A DNA stretch of 64,000 nucleotides from Magallana gigas (taxonomy: Eukaryota), in assembly GCF_963853765.1 (NCBI RefSeq), contig NC_088859.1, positions 8,866,001 through 8,930,000 of the forward strand, given 5' to 3'. The position numbers were made by a program, and so were the translations under genes. Numbering within the stretch: position 1 is the first letter of the stretch; each line of letters opens with the position of its first letter. Below, piece after piece: positions 38,171-52,054 of this stretch. The notes beneath the pieces were generated by a model that did no database searches, was not told the origin of the DNA, and was given only the letters and a program-made list of their open reading frames with translations.

Positions 38171-41019
38171 TAATTCAGGAGTTAAATATAGCCTAAAATG
38201 GCTGCAGCTAACCAGCCCCTGAAACCAATAGAGATACCAATGATAGGACGTCGACAAATGTTAAAAAAACAATTTACTTCCTTTTAATGGTATTATTGAT
38301 CCGAAAGGCATCATCTGTTCCGGGGAGGTGGTGAAGATTTCTTTTGACTTTGTCAATTAAATGAATGTTTGAATAAATTGTTTTAAGTAATTATGCATAC
38401 ATAATTTTACAGTCATATGTAAAGTATTTTGAATATCAATAAAAATATCTTATGTTCTGCACTTTTTAAGGAGAATTAAACTTTTGTATTGTCAGTCATG
38501 TTTTAAGGATAATGTTGAAATAACTATCATTTGCACCGCCATTGAGTATAAATGTTGCTAAATGTAATAGCGTTAGGAGAATCTTATGCAATTGATAAAA
38601 TATATGAATTAAAATAGTAAAAATATCTGAATTTATGAAAGTTTTTGTAACTTTTTAAATATGTGCCAGTTGTAATTATTTAGAGTATAACGAAGAAAAA
38701 AGTTTAAAACTAGATTTTGCTTGATTCTCTCGATTTTTGTGCTGCGGTATCAGGGCTAAATAAATCCAAATCAATCACTCAAGTAACTTTAAAAAAGTCC
38801 TTCAAAAAAGTCTATATAACTTACAAAATTAAAGTAGGCGGAACGAGGAAGGCATTGGATATATGATTATAAATATAAGACATTATGTAAATAGTCTTGT
38901 ACGAAGTGTTAAATCAATATTTTTCCTCATTGTTTATTTAACTATAAATCTATTTGCAATAACTGGTTTATTTTTGGTATCATTCATTCCTTATTGATCT
39001 TATGGATTAAAATCCAAAATCGCAATACACTGTATTTACAATATCACTGAATGAAAATATGAAATAAAACCATCCTATCAATGACCAATAGATAATGAAA
39101 TTGGGGACTTCCCTACTTCTCTCCGTACTTATAATCTAACGTCAATGTTCTAAATTTAAGATGTCCAAACAAGCGAGGATGATACATACGTATGCGTTGA
39201 TATCAAGATGAAAATAAACACGCTTCCTGTTTAACAAAACATTTACTTGTCAGTAACGCAAGTGGTCAGAACCCCCCCCCCCCCTCCAATGTTTTCTTGT
39301 TTAAGGTTCCTCGACACACCGAAATTTTATTTGATGGAACGATAGAGAATCTTGGTTTTTTTTTAAAAATATGATTCCACAAAACAAAGATCAATTTCGG
39401 GTTTCAGTTAAATTATTTTTTAAATAATGATTTTTTGGTATTTTATTCAGTGAAAAAGGAAAACCTGTTTTCTTACAAATCATTTGTGTAAGAAAGTTAC
39501 AGACTATTCGTTCTCCTTTGAAAGATAGAATTATCCAACGGAAATAAAAAATGTATGGAAATACAACCACCACCCCCCCCCCCCCCCAAAAAAACCCCTC
39601 CACACAAAAACCAAAGCAAATGCTGGAGTTTATTCATCCCACATTTAATTCATCATACATAGGTTTCTTTTAGATTTGCCTAAACATATTTTAATCATAT
39701 AACGAAAGTCAAAGTCGATAAACAATTGTTGTTTTCTGGACGCTGAGGACGAATTTTATCAAGGGGGGGAAATAACGACGTAAAAAATTTTATTTATATA
39801 ATTTCGCCCATGGAAATATTGCTTAATAGACCGGGAACGCCAATTATCATACACGTGCTACGCAAAACCGTCTTTTTAAAGCGTATATAAAATTTGATAT
39901 AAAATCGGACCAATCATCTTAAACTCTTTTTTGTCTTTATTAATTTTAACATAAAAGTTTAATTTACATTTAACTTTTGCTACTAAAACTGTCATGCAGT
40001 TAATATCGTATTTTGTTCATTCGATTTTTTGGCCCCCCCAAAATGTATATTCCTTGATTGGAAAAGCTTGTTTCGCGACTGACATAAAATACTTCCTGAA
40101 TTATTGAGTTTAAAGCAAACACACAGCAACAACAGTATTTAAATTCTTAGCATGGCTGTACTCTTGACTTTGTACAAGACTAAATTGTTGTATCTTAAGT
40201 GCAAGCCTCTTGAATCCAAAAAACTCGTGGATAATAAAATTTGGGATTTTACAGTCACCAGTTTGAAAATAGATAACTTGGAAGCCTTTATATTTGAAAT
40301 ACCTGTATTGTATTGACACCAACTGTAGTTTGAGCAAAAAACAGCGAGAAAGAGACCAGATGAAAAAATAAGTGTTTTTCTTTTTTGCTGTCTATATCAG
40401 TGCAAACTGACACAACACACAATAGTTAGTAGATAATGTAGGGTGTGGTGTTATGTTGTAAAGTCGGAATTAAAATAATTCATTACGATAAAGTGATAAA
40501 AGCATTTTTTAAAAATATTTCTTAACTAAGATATCATTAAAAAACAATGGATTTTATAGACTTTATGAAGTTGAAGATTGTGTTGTTTAAAATATTGCCA
40601 AATATAAATATGATGTAAAATCACCCCATAAATGAAGATCAAATTAGGTGTTTTCCCTGCATCTTTCCGTTGATTTCAAATATTAACCTTGGTGTAAGTA
40701 AATATAAGTTGTACAGACAAAAGTGATTGCATCAATAACCAGTTTTAAAATAGTACAAACGTCATGTCAAAGACATGAAAAATCAATTATTTATTTAGCA
40801 GAAGCAGCATAGCAACAAACTACAATTAATAATAAGTGAAACTTCGCTCAAGTCGCGGGTTCGAATACGGCAGGGACTTTTGTTTTCATGAAAAGCGGTA
40901 AAATTTTAAAAGTTAATTTTCCACAAAATTGATTTTCCCCCTGTCATTAGCAAGATAAACATATTCAGAAAATAGGGCGTATATGCAGAACTTTCCCCAA
41001 CGGTGTGGAGGACCCATAA

Positions 41020-41511
41020 AGGGGCATGGTCACGATTTTGGTCAAAATTTTTTTTTTCAATTTAAATGTTTATAATGTTTCAGTAAGGCATTTTTAGTAA
41101 TCAACCAAAATTTGAGTGTCATTTTGTTGAGTTAGAAGCAAGTTACAGAGCTTACAATCCCTCACTATGTAAACAAAGCTTTTGTTTACATTTTGAATGT
41201 TGAAGTGAAAATTCCAGTTTTGGACCTGAAATGAATATGTTTATTGTTAGGAACTGTTTATTTATGCTTAAAATGAATAAGAGTACAGACAAATCATCTT
41301 GAAAAAGATTTTTACTGGTATATTGAACCCATGTAAACAAAACAGGGCACGAGCCTTGTTTACATGACGAAGAATTATGAGCCCTGTATCTTGCTTAAAA
41401 CTCATCGACGGGCACCCAAATTTTTTTTGATCATTAGAAATGCATACATAAAGCATTGTAAATAATAAAAACAGAAAAATAAAATTTGACCAAAATCGTG
41501 ACCATGCCCCT
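41020..41511. mobile_element. Kolobok-like MITE, ~28-bp TIR, (A/T)TAA target
   Basis: AGGGGCATGGTCACGATTTTGGTCAAA ... TTTGACCAAAATCGTGACCATGCCCCT, flanked by ATAA and TTAA. Confidence 0.8.
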
Positions 41512-43171
41512 TTAAAGCATATATCACAACAAAGTCTGACTTCTATAGATAACTGTACTGTTGACTTTTTGAATGACTAATACTTTGTGTCTTGAATGTG
41601 TAAGATTCTAAAATGACTTGTGAATAAAATTGGAGATTTTACAGTCACCAGTTTGAAGGTAGACCGTCGAAACATCTTAAAAATAATACTGGTAATGGTA
41701 TTGTTGTCAATGGTAGCTTAGGTAGGAACAGCAAGCGATCTGATTAAAATCAGATCATCGGCCCACTCCTTTTTTTTCAAAATTGTTGTTACAGGATCCT
41801 CGTGTATCGACAATAGAAAAAAGGAGCGCATCGAATCGAGGATATAATTTAAATCAGATTGGAACAGCAAGGAACGGGATGTAATAAAGAATTGTTTTAT
41901 TTTTGTTGTGATTTTTTTATATGCTACAGTTATGCTACTTGACACAGTTAATAGATTGTCTCATGCCGCAAGTTCTTATTATCAATATATAATGTAAGTA
42001 GTGAATAATTGATTCTTGATTTGCAATGTAAGCACATGTATTGACAAATCATAGTGCAACATTGATTTATCGCATTTTTTTTTAACATGGTTTAAATATT
42101 TTTTGAATTTTAAATTGCATTGGTATACATTTAATTCTGCACGCATATCCGAATTTTTAAAGCATGTTTTATAAACTGCTTTTTCCTTTAGCCTTTTGAG
42201 TTCGTGGATAAAACTGATTGTTAAATGTCCCACTATGATGTACGTGATGATCTTGTATGAGGGACACTATCATTTTCGTTTTGAATTTTTGTCTGTCTCA
42301 ATAGAATTAGAATTCCATGTATTCAAGCTATCGTATTTTGCAATGAAGATTTTTACAAAATTCTCATAATAGCGTTAAAGGTCTGCATTTGTCCTTGATG
42401 AAGATAATATTAATGAATATGGATATTTAAACCATACTTCGACACTTGTTATACAATCTACACTTCGATGGATACTAACCTTTTTTAATTAGCGGTATAT
42501 CACATGTTTTATAATAAACATGGTTGTACGTGGGACATGAAAATGTTTACATGTATTTCGTATCTCAACTTAGTTAAGTATGAAATGAGCCACACATTTT
42601 CTGAAATTTTATGTATATTGATATATTTTATGTATATTAAAAATACCCATTAAGTTGAAAATTTAACAACTTCCAAAACTTGTTAAGCTTGGTTATCCGA
42701 ATGAGTAGTTACAAAGTTTCAAATGGAAATTTCTTTAAATAGACTTTATTCAAGCTATATAGAGTAAAAATATTCAAATACTTTATTATAAGAATAATTC
42801 AATTTTTAAATAAACAACTAGATATATAAAGTAAATTTTGTATCATCAAAAACTAGGAGGAATTTGCTTCATAAATAACTTTTAAGAACCCGCTTGGTAA
42901 ACAATTTTAAAAAAAACCGTAACATGATGCGGAATAATGCTGCGCTTTTTGTGGCGTCCTCAAAATAGTGTATACAGGTGTACACTTTTGATTTAGCCAA
43001 TGAAAAAGCGCTTTACATAGATTGATTAGAGAGGCTAAAATGAATCTAGCACGAAAAGACGACCTTCACACATCTACTGGGTCTTAACAAACAGATCTTA
43101 CGAAAGTGTAATTTCTGATACAACAAAGAACATAACAACGAAATCCTTTATTTCAATATCTTTTCATGAAT

Positions 43172-46100
43172 TTAAGTGTTTAAGTTTTTTTCTTCTTCGA
43201 AAACACCATTAACCTGGGTGATGCCATTTTTATTACTTTTCGGGATTTTTCCATGTCTCTTCAACAGTGTCTCAAAAATGTTTAATATTGTAGATTTAGG
43301 AGTCAGTCCGATTCTAAAGAATGCAAGGTTTCCATTGTCGATATCACGGCAGTCTACGACGGTGGATATGGCATTCTCTCTTGATGGTCCATCACATAAG
43401 ATGCCATCACACTGAAAAAAAGATTAAATACAAATGTGAAAAAGATGGAAAAACATAATACTGTAAGATGAAGATCGCTATGACTGATACTGTTTGCAAT
43501 GTTTGTATTTTTGTACGAACATTTTGCAACCCAAGTTTTGCCAAGACTTGGGCGTGGTGGTAGGTGTCTCCCTCTCCAGTGGGATTTGCTGAAGTCACAG
43601 CCACAGGACCACATTGATCTATTAAATGGCATGTTATAGTACTGTCTGGAATTCGCATCGCAATGCTATCTGGACGACCCAAGTACTTTTCAGATTCGCC
43701 CAATCCAAAAGATTTCACCCAGTCACCTGTTTATTAACAATTGAACATTATGTACAAGCCTTTTTTCCAAGGGGTAAGCAGCTAGCATGTTAATATTTCG
43801 AAGTACCTCTCTTTAAAACAGCTGATACATTGGACGGCCATATTTCATGGAGAAAGTCCCAGAGAAGAGAACTAAACTCGTTTTTTGCAGCTTCTATTTG
43901 TCGAAAGTTCGATATCCACAGGGACATAGGACGATCATCTGCCTGTTTTTTAGACTTGTAGGCTCGCTTAAATAGTAATGTTATATGTTTTATATTTATT
44001 AAGTCATATCTCATTCTTGTTGATTAATACAAAAAAACCAACAAATAATTTTATCTGTAATGTATACGCTTGTTTTTTTAGTATCTCACTACATCAAGAT
44101 TTATACTTTTTATGACAATACGTCACAAGATGAGGATCAAGGTTTTGTTAAGGTGTTTGTGTCAATCATTTTGGTTGAATAGCATCATATCTCAATGATT
44201 TTAGTAACAAAGTTGTTAACTGCAGATCACGAATTCGAATCTGATTGGAGTACCCGATCTATTCAGGTCTTGCGTGTCATGCTTATCCGTTATAGTAAAG
44301 TAATTTTTTGTGGATGTGAGAAACTATTTCAAGGTGTAGTGAGCTACTTTAATGCAGGAAAAATTACATTAGCTCTTACAACAACCTATATGACACCCCT
44401 ACCTTTACAGCTTCTGGTTGGTTACAACACGCTACTAGAATATAAACGGTGTCGGATGGAATTCCACATATGCCACCAGTTTTAAGTTTCTCTATTAAAA
44501 AGTTAACAAAGTATAACATTATTTTAACCATAGAAAATTTAATGTACATGTACAAAAATCAAAGGTAAAATAACTACTGCAACATTAGTAGAAAAATTTA
44601 CCAGCTATTTTCCTTACACCACTTGCCCTCCTTGCAGGTGCCCATAACATCTGGTCCTTGTACTTTTGGATCTTATTGATTTCTTTTAGAGGCCTTCCAA
44701 AAGGGATTATTTCTTTGCCGTAGGTCATTTTAATAATGGACGACAGAAAAGCATATACAAACGAAATAGAAAGGGCAGTGCCAAATATCCGTTCAATCAT
44801 GTATCCATCATTGATCTCTAACACTTGCAAAAGCGTTGCTAGCAACATCAGATCAAAACACAGAAATATGCTTGTCCAAATTTTGTTAACATTTATAGAT
44901 ATACCAGCAAAAAGTAAACCTATCAATAAAAAGCTACATATGCCTACACCCAAAGACATACCTAGATCAGTTTTGAAAAGACCAAGCGACCGTAAACCTC
45001 CCCAGATTAACCAAAAGGAGGCAAAAATTAAAAAAGAAGAACTTTCAAATGTTTGTCCCCGCGAAAAACATATAAAACCAACAACAAACTGGAGGGAGCA
45101 TCCGTACGTTATAATCCAGGGCAAAGAGAGAAACGAATTTTCTTGAGGAACCCAGACAAACGCTAGAACGGTAACAACATTTGCAAGATATCCTAGACTC
45201 TCTGATTCAGCATACTTAGAAAAGCCTAACACTGTGTTTGTTTCAAATAAGTTTTCAGAAATGTTGTTTACTCCAACTGTATTTTTCATAAATGTTTTGT
45301 TGGCAAACATCTTTGAAAGTATTTTCTCCAGCCCGTTTTGTCCTACAGGAAAATTAATTTTGAATGAAAAGGATTTACATAAATAGGATACATATCCATA
45401 AACATTCAGAATAAAAGATAACCAAGCGAAGGTTGAAACGGCAATCTTCGCTTTATTGTCAAAGTTTAAGGTCAGAATCAAGATGGAAAGCAAGAGATAT
45501 TGAAATGAAAGCAAGATTTCAGTTTGAACGAATACAACAGCTACAGATAAAACAATAAAAGATACTGGGATTGAAACAGCCGGAGAGAAAATGTCTAAAT
45601 ATTGTTTTAAGAGTTCCACGTACATGCTCCCACCCACTGAAGTCCAAAGTAGACCATCTATTATTGAGCAAGTAGATACTGTAATGTCGCCCCATCTTAG
45701 TCCAGAAAGCCCGTGAAGAAGAAGAAATAAGCCAGAAGAAAGGGGCCAAACAAAACCTGTGGTGGAGCTCTCGGTTACTGCTAAACTATTCAAGATCCAG
45801 GGTGACAGGCTGAGAGCATTTAGAGCGTACCTTATAACTCGTTTGTTTTGAAAATCAAGTTCCTCTAAGTTATTTATATTTTTTGTGAAGGAATGGAAAA
45901 ATGTTCTCGCGCTAATGTAAGACGTTATGAAGGCCAGCGATGAGAAAGTAACACTACGTCCTTTTAAATTTGTCCACATATTGGTAATAAAACAAACAGA
46001 AGACAACAATGATAAACCCATAAACACAACGTGATCTTTCTGATGGTTGAACAGGAGCAAAAGAAAGGAGAAAATTGCAAATAAAACTATAAGAACTCCG

Positions 46101-46704
46101 TGACCAGGAAGTAATACTTCCATCTGCTTAAAAGTTTCTTCTGAGATATTTTGTGATAACATAGGAGTGATTTCCTTGGATATATCTGACATTCCCATAG
46201 CTGACCAGAATGCACAGGTAATAAAAACTACAGAGGATGTGAGAGCGACATCCTTGGACGGTAAGGTGACAACTGAAAAAAAAAATATCGAGTAAAACGT
46301 TAGCACCAGCTGCGCAAAAATTCCTGTTTGTTGAAGGTAAAATAAATAAGAATTGTTTTTTTTTCAAGAATTTACTCTAGTGCTTAAAGATATATTGAAC
46401 CTAGAATTGAAATAATTAAAACGAAAATAAGATGATTTTGGGGAGGAGGAGGGTAAAATACCACAAACACGAATAAACAAGTAGTTAGTATTTTATATTT
46501 CTAACACTGTATGTAAAACAAATAAAAATGAAAATTTAATTACATACCACTTATAGCTGAAAGAACAGCTAATACCACGGTCACTATTCCTAAGACCAAA
46601 GGTTTCAGTAAGTATAATCCCGTTATTTCTAAAGCTATGTAGTCTATCGTTTGTAACACATAGGCTATACTCAAAGAGAGCAAAGAAAAAGCAATGCTCG
46701 ACAT
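43172..46704 (-). CDS. SatP/Gpr1/Fun34/YaaH-like multi-pass membrane region fused to a YrdC/Sua5 domain (paralogue A), about 840 aa, 6 exons
   Basis: Exons 46704-46548, 46272-44602, 44491-44403, 43966-43807, 43726-43521 and 43411-43172 splice in frame (2523 nt). AceTr-like motifs YAESESLGYLAN and YGCSLQFVVGFICFSRGQTFESSSFLIFASFW. YrdC motifs PSDTVY, MRIPDS, TSANPTG, STVVD and FRIG, but KKQ replaces KxR. Confidence 0.85.
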
Positions 46705-47019
46705 GTTTAATGTTTTATTGAACTGTCTGAGCGTATATTCTGTGATGTAGATTTAATAGTTCTGAAGTTGAGGGGCGGAGCAAAATTTTATTGTACAAAT
46801 ACATCTGATAACACGAAATTGACATTTAAATTTCCAGTGATGATTATTTTTTTTTCTGCTCTTCCTAGTAGCCTTCTTGCGATTCGTTGGTCAAAGAATT
46901 TATATAAATAGGTATGATGCACTCCATTTGTTTGGAATTACTTAACTGAAGCAGAATCGAGTATAAAGACATTATTGAAAGAAGTGTTGATTGGTGAATA
47001 GAGAAAGTTACTATCGCAT
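46705..47019. promoter_or_regulatory. Putative bidirectional promoter shared by the two SatP-YrdC paralogues
   Basis: Only 315 bp separate the divergent predicted start codons. GC box GGGGCGG at 46772-46778. Transcription starts were not determined. Confidence 0.6.
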
Positions 47020-50000
47020 ATGGAGAAAGGGAAAGCTACGAGCGGGCGCTCTGAGCCTTTTCCAGGCATCTTGTACTCAGAACCAGGAGCTTTAGGCCTA
47101 GTATGCAACATAATTGCGGCATTCATTGCTGCTGTCAACAACATACAAGGAGATGAAAAAGGAACTAAATTAACGGCGATTGTGACCGGTAATTATTATT
47201 TAGAGGTGTTAATTGATATTTTTTTTTAATCAAAATCAGATAGAATTGTACACTTTGTTACAAATTAGAATGTTTTGGTTTGTTTAAGTGATATCCTGAA
47301 TACGATAAATATATGTATTTTGAAGTTATTTCTGTTTGTGATTCATTTTTGGAAAAATAATAAAAACAATTTAAGATGCTGAACAAAGACTTTAAATATT
47401 GATTAAACAATGAACAGAAAAAAATAGATAAGGAATTTATACTTTTTGAAATTTTGATTTATTTGGCAGACCTAAAAATCAACTAAATCTCGCATAAACC
47501 TCGTATTGTTTTGTAGGACTCCATTTAATTCTGGTCGGCGGATTTCTTCAGATTACAGCTGGAATTATGAGTTTTCGAAAAAATGACCATCTCGTGGCTA
47601 CCTCCTTAACTGTATTTGCCACACTTTGGGCATTTCAAGGCGGGGCAATTATTCTATCGAAACTCATATACAGTGATGTAACAAAATCAGTTCTTCCGGT
47701 GTACATTGCTTTCGTTACAATTGCGTTTTCGTTATTTATTTGTTCAATATTTGTAAACTTCATAGTCCCTCCTGTATTGGTTGCTATGGCACTGACTCTG
47801 ACATTTGAGTCGATAGGACTCTTTTTCACCTGGGGTAAGAAGACAGCTGTTGCTTTTGAGTTTTTGATAGTTCTGACTGCTATGTATGCTGTAACGGTTA
47901 TGAAAACAAAAGGCATCAGTCAGCGCTACATATTACCAGGTTTCGGTAACGCACCAATTGACCCCCTTCTAATAAAGAGAAACGCAAGCAGAACGAATAA
48001 AAAGGAAAAACGAAAGAATACAAAATATGCTGAACCTATGGGTATGGGTTACATGGGAAGTATCATTCCCGTTTCTGTTGTTTGTTTTCACGGGCTTGGG
48101 TATGTTGACGACATGACGGTGCCCATCTTAGCTGTTAGTTGTGGTGCACTGCTGCAAATAATTGCCAGTTATTACTCTTTTCTTCGAGGTGATCTCTTGT
48201 ACTCCGTACAATTTTTAACACATTTCCTATTCTGGACCTCAAAATCGCTGGTCTATCAATTTTCTGGCAGTGCTGATAGTTTTTCTTCATATGCCAACTT
48301 TTATGGTTCATGGGGTTTAGTTTTGGTTTTGGCTTTTTTCACAATATGTTCATCAACGCAATCAATCGCCGTGTTTCTTTATAACTGCTTATTAACAGTA
48401 ACTTCTATTTTGTCAATGGAACATATTCCTTTGTCAATTCAAAACTATACATTTGGGTTGTCTGCAATTTTGATATGGTTATTCACTGTTTATCTTTCGA
48501 CCGCTCATCTTCTGAATGCATGCGCAGAGAAGCCCGTTTTACCGCTTGGGTCAGAAATTACCACCGAGGAGCGCCTCTTTGGCTGTTGCTTAAAGAAAAA
48601 GTAAGAATAATAAAATGTTCAAACTTTTATTTTCCCAATTTAAGATGATACATGTATATATTCGCTTTGCACAAATACTTGTATATTCATTTTTCATATG
48701 TTTCAGTAATGCAAAGGAAAGTCGGTCCATGACAGACGAAGACATAGACAATGAAAGAAGAGATCAAACGAACAATGTGCTGTTGTTCCTTTGCAACATG
48801 GTAGCCTCATTTGCCCTATCGCCATTCGAAATATCTAATCGAATGATGTCATTGCCATTTCTATTGACAGCTGGAATCTTTGGAAATTTATTGGTGGCAC
48901 GTTTTTCGTACGTCCTGCAGAGTCTCTCGCGATGCTTCATTGCTTTGTCTTGTTGTTTTCTTTGGACATCATGGTCACTGTACATCTTTGATGGTAAACT
49001 TAATGTATATTAACCGCGTGTAAATTGTATGTTGATCAAGTTGTATTAGAGTTCCATTTGATTTTTAACCAAAATTTCAATGAACAAATGACTTTATAAT
49101 AAAAAGTGCCTGCTTTTGTCTTTGAAGCTACAGGGATTGCCATCAGCAGTTCTCTGGCCATTATTAGCGTCGGACTGTGTGTGCTCTCTCTATTGTTGTC
49201 CATCACAATGGCCAAGATTTTCACAGTGTTAGAATTAGCCATTCTTCTTCACTCCATCTCTTTTACAACACACATGTTTAACGCTGATACCAAATACTTC
49301 CCCATGGTTTCATCCATTTTTCTAGGTAAGTTTCCAGTCGTTTTATAAGTCCGATTATATATGTAATTATATCAGTTTTATAATGCATAATGAATTCAAA
49401 TCTTTTCCTCGATTCTTACAGGTCTGGTTGGCATATATGGGCTCATCTTATACACTGTGAAGGGGCTATTGGACAAGACTTTGCTTCCAGAGGGCAAACC
49501 TTTGATAAAGGTAATCATGAGTTTTGTTTGTGTACCATTAGTTAGTGTTTCACGAGTAAGAAAAAAAAACAATCAACCAAAACGTTTTGCGATGTCTGTG
49601 AAAATTTCAAATTTTTCCTACTGGTTTTCTTAAAGATGAGGACACCAATCACGTCAGCTTTACCTTGCCCCATCTTCCGGTCACGAATTGCTAGTGATCT
49701 ATTTAAAGCTGCCAAGGTACTTGAAAAGGGTGAGGTTATTTGTGTTCCCACTGACACAGTGTATGCTTTAGCTGGATCCTGTAGCCAACCGGATTCTATC
49801 TCCAAAATCTATCACATTAAAGGGAGACCGCCAGAGAAGCCGATATGCCTTTGCATATCTAACCTGCAGCAACTCAGAGTAGCTAATCCACCTTTTAGGT
49901 AACACTTATCATACAACAGATGTACTACTTCTACTACTTAAACAATTTTTGCCAAAAATCCTTCTATTTGTTTAAACTTTGAAACAGATTTAAGCACGTA

Positions 50001-51546
50001 ATGTTTTGCCTAAAACACTTCTAAAATGTTGATGGTTGAAGACTTTTGTCTAAATATTTAAAGTCTTAATATATATTTTACGCTGAAGTACGTCATTTGA
50101 ATTCTAGTCCATTGTTATGGAGATTCATGGACAAGTGTTACCCTGGAGGCATTACTTGTGTCGTTAAAAAGGGTCCTTGGCTACAAAATCTTGGAGTAGG
50201 CGAGGCAGCAGACTTCGTGGGAACAAAAGAAAGCGTGGCAATCCGGGTACCTGACAGTTCCGTTCTCTCATACCTTGTTAGCATCACTGGCCCTTTAGCC
50301 ATCACGTCAGCCAATCCAAGCGGGGAGCCTGACAGCACACACCACAATACTGTCCTCGATACACTAGGTATAAATAAAACATTCAATTTGCTGTAGAGTA
50401 CCCCACTCTAATGTAATCATACTTTGAAAATCCGTTAACGGTCATGATTGATCTTGTATAGTTGTTTATTTGGTTTTACTAGTCATTTTATTTGTCACAG
50501 TAGATGCTGAATGCGGAAGGTTTTTCCTCATTGCTCCATCTTACATTCTTCAAATGTTCCAATTTTGATTTTTTTAAGTCTTAAAACCCGAGCTTAATAA
50601 TTTAATTCTTGTATTAGACGTGAAGCCTAGAACTTAAAATTTATGTAAACTAAAGTTGTATGCAAAGTTAAATGTTTCTCTTTTTTAATTGTGTTGTGCA
50701 TAAAAGTGGAAAAAAAACAATACCAGTAAATAGCTTAATACAAATACTTGTACAACTATATGTATACCCATAACGATCTTTTTATACACTATTTATAACT
50801 TTAGAAATTATTTGTATCAATATAATGTTAAATAAACAATAGGATGGGCCATCATTACCTCTAGTGCTAACACGTGTACTTTGTGGGTGTTTTAGGAGGG
50901 AAGCTAGCAGGGGTTGTATGTGATGACGAGTCCAATGAGACAGTGGCGTCCACTGTAGTCAACTGTATGAAGATTGACGAAGGTAAACAAATGCCACATT
51001 GTTTCCTCGTGCCCTTTTCCTATTATTTAAGAGGACTCGATGACCATTGCCATTTTTATGCTATATTGATCTCCTTAAGAAGAAGAGCTCTATATGAAAA
51101 TATAGGAGAACACCTTTTGAAAAAATGAAATGCATGGGTTTTTTTCTTCACTTACTAATGGGTTTGAGATAAACAAATCATATGCTAAAATTTCACGTAG
51201 AGCTGGTGGTCAATTTGCTGACCATCAAGCCTCCTTAAAATCTGATCACATTGTACACAGCCAATAATTATGAATTATATCTACTTAGAGAATTATTTGA
51301 TCTTTTGTATGTTGTGTAGTACATTGTGTACTACATTTAAATGCATAATATTTGTCATGATCAATGAATTAAACTTTGAAGTGTTTGCAAGGTTACATTC
51401 ATATTTTCGTATGCTGTATTTCAGAAATATTTTTATTTTGTATTGCAGGGCTAATTTCGTATTTTCGAATCGGGTGTGTACCGAAGGACATCGTCGATAA
51501 TTTGTTTGATGAAGTAAAAAAAGAACAGTCTGATCAGATAAACTAG
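47020..51546 (+). CDS. SatP/Gpr1/Fun34/YaaH-like multi-pass membrane region fused to an intact YrdC/Sua5 domain (paralogue B), about 844 aa, 9 exons
   Basis: Exons 47020-47188, 47517-48600, 48707-48993, 49128 (or 49134)-49325, 49422-49510, 49636-49898, 50108-50367, 50896-50982 and 51449-51546 splice in frame (2535 nt). AceTr-like YSEPGALGL..GGFLQITAGIMSFRKND..ATLW and YAEPMGMGY..GALLQ..RGD..FLFW. YrdC motifs PTDTVY, KGRPPEKP, IRVPDS, TSANPSG, STVV and FRIG. Confidence 0.87.
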
Positions 51547-52054
51547 ATTACAACGCAACAACCCTTTAGAACATTAAAGTGAAACTTCATTTCCGAAGAG
51601 AAAATATAATATTAAAAAACTCCTACTTTATTTTTCTATTGCTTTTATTTGTTGCAACAATATGAGTATAAAAAATGAATAATTTATGATTTTTTTAAAT
51701 TGATGTTATTCTCCGGATAAATTTATTAATAACTGGTTGTTTAAAAATCGTATAATTATAGCTCTATACATAAATCAAAGATGCCTCAAGCAAAGAAGTA
51801 ATAAAAATGACCATACAAACATTACTTTATAATGATTTTTTGTGGCTATGCCTGTATATGCCACGGCTGCTAACAATAAGAGAGGTAGGCATCAATTATT
51901 GTATTGAGCAATGCAGTGCATTATTATTGGGCATCCGCAACAAGCAAGAATAATGAGTCCTGTGCACAGATGCTCACATGCTTGATCACATAGTATATAT
52001 TAAAACAGGAAACAGGTGCACTACTGGTGAGCCAAATAGACGCCATGAGACTAT

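Noticed and set aside
39103-39113. NF-kB-like site GGGGACTTCCC
   Set aside because: About one such match is expected by chance in 64 kb, and it is far from any predicted start.
44736-50776. Antisense ORFs overlapping ACOD1-type and SatP-YrdC exons (e.g. 44736+, 47635-, 48764-, 50138-)
   Set aside because: These are shadow ORFs of real coding exons on the opposite strand, with no family motifs.
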